Shown piece after piece: positions 42,630-57,187 of a DNA stretch of 64,000 nt (position 1 is the first letter of the stretch; each line of letters starts with the position of its first letter). The position numbers and the translations under genes are program-made. The notes under the pieces were generated by a model, which saw only the letters and a program-made list of their open reading frames with translations, had not been told where the DNA came from and made no database searches. This DNA is from Azolla caroliniana (taxonomy: Eukaryota; Plantae; Polypodiophyta), in assembly GCA_043228905.1 (NCBI GenBank), contig JBHGNT010000018.1, forward strand, positions 13,206,001 to 13,270,000. Direction: 5' to 3'.

Positions 42630-45600
42630 TGCGAGGAATCGTTCTCAGCCACAACCGGGATCCAAACGTACAATTGAAGAAACAAAAAAGAAAGTAGAGA
42701 TTGATAGAATTACATAGGAATGAGATGGCACTGTATGTTAACGTGGAAAACCTCAAGAGGCAAAACCACAAGAGTTCATAGACTCCAAATAGGATCACTA
42801 TAGAAGAGATGGATACTACAAGGAGAGACTCAGAGGCAACGACCTTGAGCTCTGTATCTTCACCAACAAGTTTCTACTTCTCATGCTTTCTCTCTTTATA
42901 CAAAAAGTAACAATACTTATATAACTTTAGGGCTATTTACAAGTATGGACTCAACAGGCTCATCCAAACATATTTACCAATATGTCCCAATTTCTAGTTC
43001 ACATCGGATCTGGCCGAATACCTTTTGGATCCATCTAGTCTAGTTTCTTCCTTCGGCTCGTCCGATTTCCATCCGGAGGGACTGATTTCCCAACAAACTC
43101 TCCCTTCACTCTAGGATGGGATGCCTCGTCAATCCGATCTGTCCCCGACACACGTCCAGCTTCTCAGCCGACAATACCTTGGTCAACATGTCCAACCCGT
43201 TCTCCTCCGTGGGGATCTTCGTCAAAGAAAAGTATTTGTCTTCTACCTTCTCCTGAAGCCAATGATATCTCCTCTGGATGTGCTTGGTCCTGGAGGGGTA
43301 GGCCGCGTTCTTTGCAAGGTGGATGGCGCTTTGACCGTCAAGCCGACCAAGAAGGTCGAGGTGTGGAGAACCGGATGGGTCATGGGAAGCGGAACTGGAC
43401 GGGTCAAGGAGCGTGAACAAGGCAAGAAGATGCCACGAAAAGCCGACTGCAAGGATTAGAAAAGATTGACATAGAGATCTGACCTCAAGTTGAGCTTGAG
43501 GGGGAGTGTTGAGCGAACAAGCTCAACTTGATCCGGATCTGTATCCAAAACCCAGTGCCACCAGTAGAAGATATACACAAGAAAGTTGAAGATAATCAAA
43601 GGGATGAGTTGATTAATTGAAAGACTCCGTAATTGGTGTTGTTCACCTTGATTGTAATCTAGGTGAACACACATATTTATACAAGTTCTGAGATTGAATA
43701 TCTCTAGAATATGCCTAAGAAATATCTCTAGAATATACCTGAGAAATATCTCTAGAATATACTCGTCTAGAATATATCATAGAACATTTCTAAAATATAC
43801 TAAACACTAGAATATTCTATATGCTAGACTATATAATATTAACCATATACAATTTACATATAACTTAAGGGTTTACAAATGGTTTATCTAATACTAATTA
43901 TTGGGTGTGTTATAGGTCAGAGGTTTGAGTCTGCGACATTATCTCCCCTCCTACGTCGCCTTCCCAAACTCGTCGCCAATTTGTGGGGATATAGGAGATG
44001 AAAATCTTGAACCACCTTCGGGGCATTTTGTAAATTTTTTGCGGGTTCCCGCCTGGCGTTAGATAAGGGGTAACCCTTCCACAAGACGAGGTATTGCAGG
44101 TGTCGACAGTGCGAGTCAAGTATTTGGTCGACCTCATATTTCTGGCCCGTCGTCAATTGCACAGGTGGTGGGGGGGCTTGGTGTCTTGGGAGTTGTGAAG
44201 CATAGTGGGGCTTGAGGAGGGAGACATGAAAAACATCATGAATACGGAAATGGGATGGAAGGGCCAGCCAGAAGGCGACGAGATTGATGCACTCAACTAT
44301 ACGGAATGGTCCCAACTTCTTGTAATCAAGTTTCTCACATGGACGGGTAGTAAAGAGGTGTGATCGTAACAACCAGACCATGTCGCCACAGACAAAGGGT
44401 GGAGTGCTAGAGCGATGGCGATCAGTGTGCTTCTTGTATCGTTCGCTAGCGAGATGAAGCTCCAAGGATAAGTCATGATGTAGCTCTTCCAAAACATGGG
44501 CTCAACCCTCTGCCGAAGGGTTCACAAAAGTGGTAGGGAGGGAAATGTTGAAGCGAGGATGTAAACCATGATTTGAAAAGAACGGAGTGACGTCAGTCGA
44601 TGCATGGATAGAATTATTGTAGGTGAATTCTGCGAGTGAAAGTAAGTTGACGCAATCATTGTGTTGGTAACTAACCGAGCACCGAAGATATTGCTTAAGG
44701 ATTTGGTTGACGCGGTCCGTCTGACCGTCAGTCTTAGGGTGATAAGCAGAGGACAACTTGACGGAGATGCCTAAAGTTTGCAGCAGGCACTGTCAAAAGT
44801 GAGAGAAAAACTGGGGTTCGAGATCAGAGATGACATCATCGGGGAGGCCATGCAAACGGACCACATGATTGAGGAGTAGATGCGTCATTCCTTCTCCGTA
44901 ATGGTTTTTGAGCATGGAGTGAAGTGAGCCATCTTTGTAAACCAATCAACAACGACCAACATTGAGTCATAACTATTGACCAAGGGTAGATTGGTTATGA
45001 GGTCCATAGAGATAGAGTCCCAAGGACCACTAGGGCATGGAAGCGGCTGGAGGAAGCCATATGGCCGATGATGAGCAATTTTGGAGCGAGCACAAAACTC
45101 ACAAGTCTTGATGTATTCTTTGTCCAACTTCCATGGTTGTGGCCACCAGTACCCTCGCGAGTTTAGTTCGAGGGTTTTCGCAACTCCGAAGTACCTTGCA
45201 AGGGGGTCATCATGGCATTCCCACAACATTCGGGTGCGACAAGGGCCCTCCGGGACGTATAAGAGATGATTGAAGAATAACAAACCATCTTGTATGGTGA
45301 AGTGGTCAAGGTCCGTCCTTTGCGGCGTCTTGGAGGGATTTTATAGAATATCTTGAATCTCGTTGGCAAATGCATCTGTGATATGTGGGAGTAACAAATC
45401 ATCTTGCAACATACAAGTGGCAAAAAAATGCAATTGGTCGGGTTTCAGCAAACAGCGAGATTGTTGAGCATGAGCGGCATCCTCGGGGCGGATGGCAAAT
45501 TTGGGTTGACGAGAAAGAACATCGGCCTTCCCATGTTGGCTACCAGGTCGAAATATGATCTCAAAATCATAGTCGGTGAGAAATGTTGATCAACGAGCCT

Positions 45601-48600
45601 GCCTTCGATTCAAAGTACGAGTACTGGAAAAATAAATTAAATTTTTATGATCAGTCACTACCTAGACACAATGTTGTGCTCCGAGCAAATAGGGGCACCA
45701 TTATTCAAAGGTGGCAATGATAGCAACAAGCTCCTTGTCGTATATTGGATAATTGATTTCGGATGCCGAGAATTTGCTGGAGTAGTAAGCCACCAGGTGC
45801 ATTATGTTGGAATCATCGGACTAGGATAAAATGGTGCCAATGGCGAAGTTAGATGCATCAATTTCCACCTGGAAGGGTCGTGTGGGGTCGGTATGTAGAA
45901 GCACGGGAGTAGTGGTAAATGCATGTTTGAGAGAGTCAAATACATTTGTGCCGCCGAGGACCATAGAAAGGGAGTACCTTTGCGCGTGAGGGTGATAAGA
46001 GGGTGGGCTAGAGTGGAAAACCCTTGGATGAAGCGACGGTAAAAATTGGCGAAGCCGAGGAAGGATTGTACATCTTTAAGTCGAGTTGGAGTCGCCCACT
46101 CCCGAATGACGGAAACCTTCTTCATATCCATCGTGATGCCATTGGGCGAGATAATGTAGCCCAAGAATTCAATCGAGGTACGGTCGAACTCGCATTTCTC
46201 ACTTTTGGCATAAAGGCCGCGCTTTCGCATGTTTGGCGAAAAAATGAGAATATCATCTAGGTAGATAACCACAAAATGATCAAGATATTTCTGGAATATA
46301 TCATTCATCATATGTTGAAAAATAGTTGGGGCATTAATAAGACCGAAAGACATTACTTTATATTCGAAATGCCCATATCGTGCTCGGAAGGCGGTTTTCC
46401 ATTCATCATTGGGCTTGATGCGGACCAGATTGTACGTGCCACGGAGATCAATTTTGGAGAAGACATGCACAGCGCGGAACCGGTCGAGGAGTTCGGGGCT
46501 CAGAGGGAGCGGATAGCGCTCGCGCACAGTGAGTTTGTTGAGACCCCGATAGTCTACACATAAGCATAGAGAGCCGTCCTTCTTCTTCACGATTAATATG
46601 GGGGCCCCGATTGGCGACTTAGAGGGTTGAATAAATCCTTTCATGAGGTTCTCATCAAGATACACTCGAAGGGCCTTTAGCTCTAGTGCAGACAATGCAT
46701 ATAGAGAACCAAAGGGTGGACACACGCCTTCTTGAAGATCAATGGGACAATCGTAGAGCCGGTGTTTAGGCAAACGATCTGCATTATGTTTCTCAAATAC
46801 ATCGGAGAAGTCTTTATACTTGTCGGGAATAACGTGGTGTGTTAGAAGTAGCTCCACAAATGGCGAGCGGGTGATGAAGTAAGGGTGGAGTAGCTGAGTC
46901 GGGATCAACCGCCTCCGAAGGATGTGAAACGGAATTGGCCTTCATAGTTGTGCGTGAGCATCCTATCTCGTTAAATGTGATCAAGGGATTGCACCAATCC
47001 ACTATTATATTGTGCGCCTCCATCCACAATAGTCCTAAGACAATCGGATGTTGAGGGGATGTGATGAGGTAGAAGGGGAGGTCCTCCTGGTGGGAGCCCA
47101 CACAAAGCCCTAATGGGATTGTAATCTTGGTAATTGCACCTAATGAGAGGACACACCCATCAATGGCTTCGACATGAATGGGTTTTGAGAGGCATACGAC
47201 GGGTATCTCATGTGCTCGAGTGAATGCGACATCGATGAAGCAAGAAGACGCTCCATAATCAAGTAAAGTGAGAGATTGAATGGAACTGGAATTAAAAGAA
47301 AGGCACACCTCCGATGTGAAATTGCTTGATGTTCTAGCAATGGAACCACGAGAATGTGGATGACGGGAGACTTCCAGTTGCACGGCTCCTATTGCAACCG
47401 GACGATGTCATTTTCCAGACTCTGGGGTCCATTGGCTTGATGGAATGGTGCACAATTACTCCTAGGACAATGGCGAAGGAGATGACCTGAGGCCCCACAA
47501 TATAGGCACAATCCATTAGCCCGCCGAAAATGTCGTTCAGCCTCAGTCAATGGCTGAAAGTGAGGTTGATCAATTTCCATTGGGAATGGAGCATCTACCA
47601 AAGTAGGGGAGCGTGACGCCACCGGCGGGAGTGATACTTAGGGTTGTACGACTGGGACATGTCATGGAAGTGAATGAGTCGAACCCCAAGTTTGGCGCTC
47701 TTCTTGGCGAAATTCAAAAAGTCGATTGTCACAATAGACTACTTGTGAAATCGGTTGCGATAACAAGGTGGGCTCGGGAAATTTCAAGAGAAGATTCTTG
47801 ACATTGCTCAGAAGGCCCCGCCAAAAGTGATCAGTTAAAGCTTGATCATCCCAGTTGATATCACATGCTAGTTGTCGGAATTCCGAAGCATAGACAGAAG
47901 CTGCACGTGAACCTTGTTCGAGTGCATAAAGCTTGGTGAGTTTTGTACGTCATTGGTTCGTCTCTCCAAATGTGGCCTCTAACTCGGCAAGGAAGGCAGG
48001 AAAGTCATCCAATAGAGGTGACGAAGTTTCCACTAAAGGTGCAAACCAAGCTTGGACCGGACCGGAGAGGAGGGTGCCCACAAGTCCAACTTGTCGAAGA
48101 CCATCTGCATAACGTTGACGTTGTAACCAAATGATTAGGCGAATTTGGTTGATGAACCCCCGGAAATGTGACCTCATTCTATCAAATTTTTCTGGGAGGC
48201 TAATCTTAGGCTCAAGAAAATGAGAAGAAGCTACATCATATGTTGGTAGAAGATTGGACTCCGGGCAAGGTTGTGGTGGGACATTAGTCTCTATGGGTTG
48301 TGAGGATATGGAGACACCAACTTGAAGTTCTTGTAACGAATTCTGAAGGGCTTCATTTTCAAGTTGGAGTTGTTGTAAGGTTGTCATTATCTAACTTAAG
48401 TCAGAAGCTGGGTCGAACATGGCTACGGCTAATGAGAAGGAGAGCTATGAGGATGGGAAGGTGAACCAACTATCACGAGTAGAAGATATACACAAGAGAG
48501 TAGAAGATAATCAAAGGGATGAGTTGATTAATTGAAAGACTCCGTAACTAGTGTTGTTGACCTTGATTGTAATCTAGGTGAACACACATATTTATACAAG

Positions 48601-49582
48601 TTCTGAGATTGAATATCTCTAGAATATGCCTAAGAAATATCTCTAGAATATACCCAAGAAATAACTCTAGAATATACTCGTCTAGAATATACCATAGAAC
48701 ATTTCTAGAATATACTAAACACTAGAATATTCTATATGCTAGACTATACAATATTAACCATATACAATTTACATATAACTTAAGGGTTTCCAAATGGTTT
48801 ATCTAATACTAAGTATTGGGTGTGTTATAGGTTAGAGGTTCGAGTCTATGACACCTAGAGACGGATCGGAGAGCTGGACCCACATGCAAACCAGTAGGTC
48901 GTTGGAGGTCTCCTAGGAGTTAGTGTCAGTAGCTTAGTATGAGGATTGAAGTACTTGTTAGTACTTCTGTCAGTCCTTTTAAGGACTTGTATTAAAGTGC
49001 TCATTGAGCACATAGTATGTACAGAGCAATATTTTGTAATTTGAGTTTTTATGTCGTTCTGTTCTCTCTGTCTCTCGCATGCGTACTCTCAGTGTGTAAT
49101 TCAAGCTTTCCATTAAACCTTAGTTCTATTTCCTGTTGCTATCTAGCTGAGCCGATTTGCCTAAGCTTCCACACATTAACTTTCACAAACCTCAAGAGAC
49201 AAAACTACGGGAGTTCGTAGACTCCAAATAAGATCATTATAGAAGAGAGGGATACTACAAGGACAAACTCAGAGGCAACGATTTTGAGCTCTGTATCTTT
49301 GACAACAGGTGATTACTTCTCACGCTATCTCTCTTTGTACAACAAGTAACAATACAACAACTCAACAACGTGCTAACTATTGTTGCCCTAGTTATATTTA
49401 TACTTATATAACTTTAGGGCTATTTACAAGTATGGCCTCAACAGGCTCATCCGAGCATATTAACCAATGTGTCCCAGTTTCTGGTTCACATCGGATCCAG
49501 CCGGATACATTTCGGATCCATCAGGTCCGGTTTCTTCCTCCGGCTCATCCGATTTCCATCCGGAGGGACTGATTTCCCAACA
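42630..49582 (-). mobile_element. Internally deleted copia element C (3' LTR 42630-43095; partial 5' LTR 49187-49582) containing a family-A LTR fragment and a chromovirus
   Basis: TSD ctatg (42625-42629 / 49583-49587). RNase H tail at 43106-43333. Plus-strand family-A PPT and LTR at ~43498-49186, itself split by the gypsy. Confidence 0.8.
43556..48853 (-). mobile_element. Ty3/gypsy chromovirus (Tf1/Tcn1-like), degenerate; LTRs 43556-43938 and 48471-48853
   Basis: TSD cccag / cctag. gag (ISLPEKFD; zinc knuckle CLYCGASGHLLRHC), protease (LLDYGAS), RT (CVDYRGLN, YLDDILIFS), integrase (HPKTDGQT), GPF motif and chromodomain (YEVDQILD...YLVLWKGY). PPT after 43938. Confidence 0.92.
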
Positions 49583-50234
49583 CTATGTAGTGGGAGTTGT
49601 ATGGTGGCAATCGAGGCTGTAGAAATCCGTGGCGCTATCGACAACAGAAGCGGAGTACATGGCGGTTGTAGAAGCCGACAAGGAAGTTATCTAGATGAAG
49701 GATTTCATTGGAGATTTAGGGATCCAATAGGAGGAATTCCGGCTCTACTCCGACAATCAAAGTGCCATCCACCTTGAGAAGACCACGCGACCTACCACTC
49801 CAGGACCAAGCACATCCTGAGGAGATATCAACGGCTCTATGAGAAGTTAGATGACAAGGACTTTGCTCTAACAGAGATCCACACAAAGGAGAATAGGTCG
49901 GACATGCTGACCAAGGTGTTGTCGGCTGAGAATCTAGATGTGTGCTGGAGACGGATCAGATTGACAAGAAATCCCATGTCGGAGTGAAGGGGGATTTTGT
50001 TGGGAAATCAGTCCCTCTGGATGGGAACCGCACGAGCCAGAGGAAAAATCGGACTGGATGGATCTCGAAGGTATCCTGATAGATCCGATGTGAACCAGAA
50101 ATTGGGACATATTGGTAAATATTTTCAGATGAGCCTGTTGAGGCCATACTTGTAAATAGCCCTAAAGTTATATAAGGATAAATATAACTAGGGAAACAAT
50201 AGTTAGGTTGTTTTTGTATTGTTTGTCGTTTTGT

Positions 50235-50270
<36 letters not shown>

Positions 50271-52330
50271 AGAGAGATACAGCTCGAGGTTGTTGCCCTT
50301 AAGTTCCCGATTGTACACTTCCTGTCCCATATAGTGATCCTGTTCGGAGTCTGTGAACTCCCGTGGTTTTGTCTCAAGAGGTTTTCCATGCTAACACACC
50401 GTGTCGTCTCATTCCTGTGTAAGTGTATCACTATCTACCTTCTGTGTTGTTTCTTCCATTATACGTTTGGATCTCAGTTGTGGCTGAGAACAATTCCTTA
50501 CACATCTCAGGTCCTTTGCTGCTATAACTTCGCTCCTCTGTGTTGGCGTTGACTTTCGCTGCCCTCTCATCCACTTGGCCTTCACTTGATTCAACTCGTC
50601 CGAATCAAATCACTCAACCGAATCGGTTGCCCCCGATTAGTTCCTGCTCTTGTGTGAATTGGTTGTCTCCAATTCATCTTCATCCTTCAGGCCCTTCACC
50701 ACATCAGACCATGTTCGAGACTTGGCCTTCATCGTCAGGTCGGCTCTGTCCTTCTTGACTCTTACGTCGTTGGCGCCGCATGGTCCAACTTTATCGGATG
50801 TGCCGAATTCTTCAATTGACTCGGCTCCCTTCTTTTATGTTGCTCCCTTTGTTTCGCCCTCATTATCCTTCTTTCTGGCTGCTTCTCTAGTACCTATTCT
50901 CCCCCTCAAGTGCGGCACGTCGAGATGTTGTAGTCCGAGCATCTCCAAGAAGTGTTGCAACTTGTCGAATCCGAGTGGCTTGATGAAGATGTCAACAACC
51001 TACCGATTATTTTGAACATACCAGAGTTCAATTTCACTACTTAGGAGCCACTTGGCACAAAGTGATAATGAACCTTGATGTTCTTTGTGCAAGCATGGAA
51101 CATGAGATTCTTGGCCAACTGCATGCTACTGATGTTGTCGCAGTAGATCAGGATCAGAGTTGTACTTCGATCCAGAGGTTTTGCAGTAGTCGCCGAAGCC
51201 ATATGGCTTTAGAGGTCGTGACGGTAGCTCCTCAATACTCAGCCTCAGTGCTCAACAGACCCAGTTTCGGATGCTTCTTGCTGCTCCATGCAACATCTGC
51301 ACTATTGAGAGAAAACATGAAACCGGATGTTGACCGACGATCAGTCACATCACCGAGGTAGTCGGCCTCAGTATAACCGATTAACTGTTCGGTTACATCG
51401 TGTCGGTATGTAATAGTCCCCGATCCTTAGTGTCGCTCACGTATCGTTGTAGTCGATGCGCGCATTGAAGGTGCTTGATGGTTGGTCTTTGCGTAAATCG
51501 ATTGATCGCCCTGATCGGATAGCTAAGGTCAGGTTGGGTGATAGTTAAATAGCTAAGGCTTCTGATGATTTGTCGAAACCGTTTCTCATTGTAGGCCGCT
51601 CCAGAATCGGACTGTAACTTTAGATTCCGTTCAAGAGGAGTGGAGATGGGTCGGCAATCCGTCATGCCGAACTTGAACAACATATTCAATACATAGTGTC
51701 GTTGAGACAACAATATGCCATCGGGGGTGTGGATCAATTTGATCCCAAGGAAGTAGTGAAGGTCCCCCAGGTCTTTCATCTCAAATGCTCCCGACAGTTG
51801 AGACTTCACTCGGCTGATTTCGGTGAGGTCGGGTTCAGTGACAACCAAGTCATTGACATATATCAGGATGCATATCGAAGCTTTTGGACCCTTCCGGATG
51901 AGCAATGATGAGTCAGACTTGGAGGCCGCAAACCCATTTTACGCAACCAATGCTTGATCTTCGAATTCCAAGCACATGGGGCTTGCTTCAAGCCGTTCAG
52001 TGACTTCATGAGTCGGCACACCGCCGACTTGTTCACCTTTGACTGAAATTCAGTGGGCTAGACCATATACACTTGTTCTTCAAGGTCTCCTTGAAGACAC
52101 ACATTCTTCACATCCATTTGGCGGAGATGCCACCACCACACGAACCATCGTCATCTTCGCTACCGGAGTGAAGGTCTCATCGTAGTCAATTCCGTGGGTC
52201 TGTGCATATCCCTTGGCCACTAATAGGGCCTTGTACCAGTTGACCGAACAGTCGGCATTATACTTTACCTTGTATACCCATTTGCATCCGATCGGTTTGC
52301 AATGTCGGGGAGGATCAACCAAGTCCCAAG

Positions 52331-55300
52331 TGTGAGGAATAGTGCGGAATACTACTCGGCCACAACCGAGTCTTGAATCATTTTGATAAGAGTGCAACAT
52401 AGGAATGGGATCAGATGTACACACAAAAGTGAGTACACTGGATGTTTACGTGGAAAGCCCTAAATGGGAAAAACCACGGGAGCCCATAGACTCCAAACTA
52501 TCACTATGAAGAGAAAGGGTACCACCAAAGACTCATAGGCAGCGACCTCGAGCTCGGTTTCTTCACCAGGTGATGGTTACAATAGAGTATCACTCTGTAT
52601 CTCTCTCCCTCTCTCTCTATCGCTCTCTCTATATGTCTCTATACAACAGTTACAACAATATGACAACAATACAACTACATACCAAAGTGATTGCCCTAAG
52701 TCATATTTATACTGATATGAACTTAGGGCTATTTACAAATATAACCTCAATAGGCTTACTCAAGAAACATATTTACAGATATGGCTCTCTTCCGGTTCTT
52801 ACCGGCTCTCTTATTCATCACTGGATCCCATCCGGAGAGACCGATTTCCCAACAATCTCCCCCTTCACTCTGGCATGGGATATCTTGTCAGCCCGATCCG
52901 CTTTCGGCACGCGTCCAGCTTGTTAGTTGTCAACACCTTGGTCAACATGTCCGACCCGTTCTCCTTCGTGTGGATCTTCGTCAACACGAACTCTTGATCT
53001 TCTACTCTTTCTCGGATCCAGTGGTACCTCCGCTGGATATGTTTCGTCCGGGAATGGTAGGCCGCGTTCTTCGCAAGGGGGATGACACTTTGAATGTCGC
53101 AGTAGAGCCGGTATTCCTCCTGTTGGATCCCTAGCTCTCCGATGAAGTCCTTCATCCAGATTATCTCCTTGCCGGTTTCCACAACTGCCATGTACTCCGC
53201 TTCCGTGGTTGACAATGCAATTGTCTTCTGCAGCCTCGACTGCAACAAAACAACTCCCCTTGCATAGGTCATGATATATCCGGATGTAGACCGGTTGGTA
53301 TCCACATTAGACTACATATCCGAATCCGTGAATTCGTCAAGTTGGGGATTCCCGGAGCCGAATTGGAGGCACATGCTCGAGGTGCCTTTCAAATACTGGA
53401 GTGTCCACTTGACCGCGTTCTAGTGCTCTCTTCTGGGATTGCTCATGAACCGGCTCACCACTCCGACTGCATATCTGATATCCGGTCGAGTACACACCAT
53501 TGCGTACATCAAGCTCCTGATGGCAGAGGCATATGGTATCTTCATCATATCTGCCTTCTCTGTCTTTGTCCTTAGGCTCTGCTTCCTGGATAGCTTACAA
53601 TTTGCCGGAAGTGTCGATCCGACCGGTTTCGCATCCGACATGTTGAACCGCTGTAGCACCTTCGTTGCATACTTTTCCTTTGACAGCCACAATAGCTTCT
53701 TCGACCGGTCCCGGATAATGTGCATTCCCAATATCTGTCTTGCCGGTCCAAGTCTTTCATTGGGAAGGTCCGGTTCAGAGCCTTCTTCAACATCTGAATC
53801 TTGACTTGGTCTCGTCCGACGATCAACATATCATCCACGTATAGGAGTGATATCAGGGAATCTCCTCCATCAAATTTCTTCACAAAGACACAATGATTGG
53901 TTTGCATCTTGTGGTACACTTGGTCGATCATCAAGGAGTCGAACTTCCGGTACCATTGCCAGGGAGCTTGTTTCAGTCCGTATAAGCTCTTCTTCAGTCG
54001 GCATACCATGTGCTCCTTCCCTTTCTTCATGAATCCTTCCGGTTGCTGCATGTAGATGTCCTCTTTGAGGTCACCATAGAGGAATGTTGTCTTGACGTCC
54101 AGTTGCTCTACCGCAAGGTCCATGCTTGCCGTTATGCCCTGTCATCTTACTACTGGGGCAAATATCTCATCGAAGTCCACTCCTTTCTTCTGTTGGAAGC
54201 CCTTCACCATGATTTGGGCCTTATACCTGGGTGGATTTCCGGCATCTCCCGGTTTCAACTTGTACACCCACTTGTTCCGGAGTGCTCTCTTCCCTTTCAG
54301 CAACTCCGTCAGTTCATATGTGTGGTTCTCATGCAGGGAATCCATCTCATCCTGCATGGCACTCAACCACTTACGACTGTGAGTGTCTCTGTTTGCTTCT
54401 TCGAAGCTTTCCGACTCCCCTCATTAGTTAGCAACACATGCTCTGCATCCAAGAATCTCCAGGGGGCTCTTCTCTCTCAGAGAGGATATCTTCGTCCTAG
54501 GTTTCTGACTACCGGTTCCTCTGTTTGTTCCTTATCTGAATCCGATTCGGGATCTTGGCTGGTTCCTGTGTCTTCTTCTTCTTCGGTTAGTTCGGTTTCC
54601 TGTCCGTATCCAGCTGGTTCGTCGAGTGTCATCTGGTTACCGTCTAGCGTCCGGTTTTCAACTAGGTAAGCCCTTGTGTCCTCAAGCCGGTTTTCAATGA
54701 ATGATCCAGAGTTCATCACCTTCTCTGATTCCTAGTCGGCAATGGTCCTAGCTTCCATGAAGCCTATGTCCCGACTCCAGAACACCTTTTTGTCGATCAG
54801 ATCCCACACCCGGTAACCGAACTCATCATCACCGTATCTAAGGAATATGCATGGCCTGGACCTTGGATCCAGCTTTGCTCTATTGTCCTCCGCCACATGC
54901 ACGTAAGCGAGACATCCGAACACCTTCAAATGCCGGTAAGATACATCTTTTCCGGTCCATACCTTCTGAGGTGAGTCTCCTCCCAAGGGTACTGAGGGTG
55001 ATCTGTTTATCACGTAGGTCACCGTCATCAGCGCCTCAACCCAAAATGTCTTGGGTAACTTGGCATGTGCGAGCATGCTCCGGACTCTCTCCATTATGGT
55101 CCGGTTCATCCTTTCAGCCAACCCGTTTAATTTCGGCATCTTCGGCACGGTAAATTTGAGCCGGATTCCCTTCAACCGGTAGTACTCCTTGAACTGCCCC
55201 CAATATTCTCCGCCGTTATCTGCTTGGACCGCCTTCAGCTTCCGTCCGGTTTCTCTTTCCACTCTCACGTGGAGTTCCTTGAAGACCGTTAGCACCTAAT

Positions 55301-57187
55301 CCTTTGTCTTCAATGGTGAGACCCACAACTTCCGGCTGTGATCATCTATGAATGTCACGAAGTACTGCGATCCAGCATGTGACTTCGTGTCTACTTGACA
55401 CACATCGGTATGCACCGGCTCTAGTGGTGCATTCCGTCTCATCGGCTGTCTTGACCGGAAGGAGGTTCAGTTTTGCTTGCCGGCAAGACAATCGGTGCAC
55501 TTCTCAAGTTGCACGTCCTTCACCGGAATGAGGTTGTCTTTGGCAAGCTTCTTCATCCCCTTCTCACTCATGTGACATAGTATTTTGTGCCACAACTCAC
55601 CGGTAGTGTTAGATGCTATGTTCACTTCTTCCTGGCATATCCAGGCATTCATCAAGTACAGTGTGTTGATCTTCCGAGCTCGAGCCACTATCAAGCTTCC
55701 CTTGCTGAACTTCATAACTCTATTCCGGGTGCTACCCGTGTAGCCTTCATCATCTAGCCGACCGGCTGATATTAGGTTTAGTCGAACCTGCGGAACGTGT
55801 CCTACATCCTTCAGCAACAACTTGCATCCGGTTGGTGTCATCAACCACATGTCTCCTATGCCGAAAATTTGGCAGGTACATTCAGTCCCCATCCGGACAC
55901 AACCGTGCTCACCGGCTGTGTAGGATGAGAAGCATTTCCGGTCCAGAGTAAGTTGGAACGATTCCTTTGTCTTCCACATTCCGATTCAGTAAGGAGGGCT
56001 TTGGCGTCGAAGATCACCTCCTTCTCTTTTCGACACGCCTCCTCATCTAGCAAGATCGACTTGACTCTTGCTAGGGATAGTTGTTTTCCTTCTGGCCTAG
56101 CTTTGCCCAACGTGACAACTAACGTCTCCCAGCGATGCGGGAGGGAACTTTGCAGGAGCAATGCGAGTACCTCATCGGTGAGAGGTACTTGCAACAAGGT
56201 TGTTTGATGTATTAGACCCTAGAAGGCATTCATGTGCTCCGCCATACTGGAGCCATCTTGGTACCGGAGCCTCACTAGCTTCTAGAATACCGAAACCCGA
56301 TTAACAACATTCTTGTTTTGGATCAGGATGCCGAACTTCTCCCAGACTTCATGAGCCTTGCTCTCTCGATTGAAGTTGTTGTACATGCTCATGTCGATGA
56401 AGCACCGAATGTATGTCATCGTCTTCATGTGCATCACCTCCCACATTGTGGCGTTGATCATATCCGGTCTCTTGTCCCCAAACTGAAATGGCAACCAAAG
56501 ATCTTTGGCCACCAACGTATCCCTCATCTTTGACTTCCACACTGAGTTGTTGGAGCCGGTGAGCTTGAACATGCTGCCAAACGATTCTTCCATTTTCTAT
56601 GTTGTTCGCTCGGATACCAGATTGTGAGGAATAGTGCAGAATACTGCTCGGCCACAACCGAGTCTTGAATCACTTCGATAAGACTGCAACACAAGAATGG
56701 GAATAGACGTACACACAAAAGAGAGTACAGAAGATGTTTGCGTGGAAAGCCCTAAATGGAAAAAACCACAGGAGCCTACAGACTCTGCACTATCACTATG
56801 AAGAGAAGGGGTACAATCAGAGACTCGTAGGCAGCGACCTCGAGCTTGGTTTCTTCACTAGGCGGCGGTTACAACAGAGTATCACTCTGTATCTCTCTCC
56901 CTCTCTCTCTGTCGCTCTCTCTATATGTCTCTATACAACAGTTACAATAATATGACAACAATACAACTACATACCAAAGTGATTGCCCTAAGTCATATTT
57001 ATATTGATATGAACTTAGGGCTATTTACAAATATAACCTCAATAGGCTTACTCAAGAAACATATTTACAAATATGGCTCTCTTCCGGTTCTTACCGGCTC
57101 TCCTCCGGTTTCCGGCTCTCTTCTGGTTCTCACCGGGTCTACCTTATTCATCACTGGATCCCATCCGGAGAGACCGATTTCCCAACA
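52331..57187 (-). mobile_element. Degenerate full-length Ty1/copia element D (LTRs 52331-52854 and 56623-57187)
   Basis: TSD ccaag (52326-52330 / 57188-57192). PBS tggtatccgagc and PPT. gag-pol remnants closely related to the young copia, with stops, frameshifts and deletions. Confidence 0.93.

Larger units (their letters stand above)
4195..50502 (+). mobile_element. Ty1/copia element B, degenerate, expanded to 46 kb by nested insertions (5' LTR 4195-4749, 3' LTR 49998-50502)
   Basis: Paired LTRs tgttgggaaatcag...ttccttaca. 5-bp TSD catct (4190-4194 / 50503-50507). Mutated tRNA-iMet PBS ttgctatcagag at ~4752 and PPT agggggatt at ~49988. gag/PR at 4797-6070; INT/RT/RH at 38665-40299, 42254-42629 and 49583-49987. 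Confidence 0.9.
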
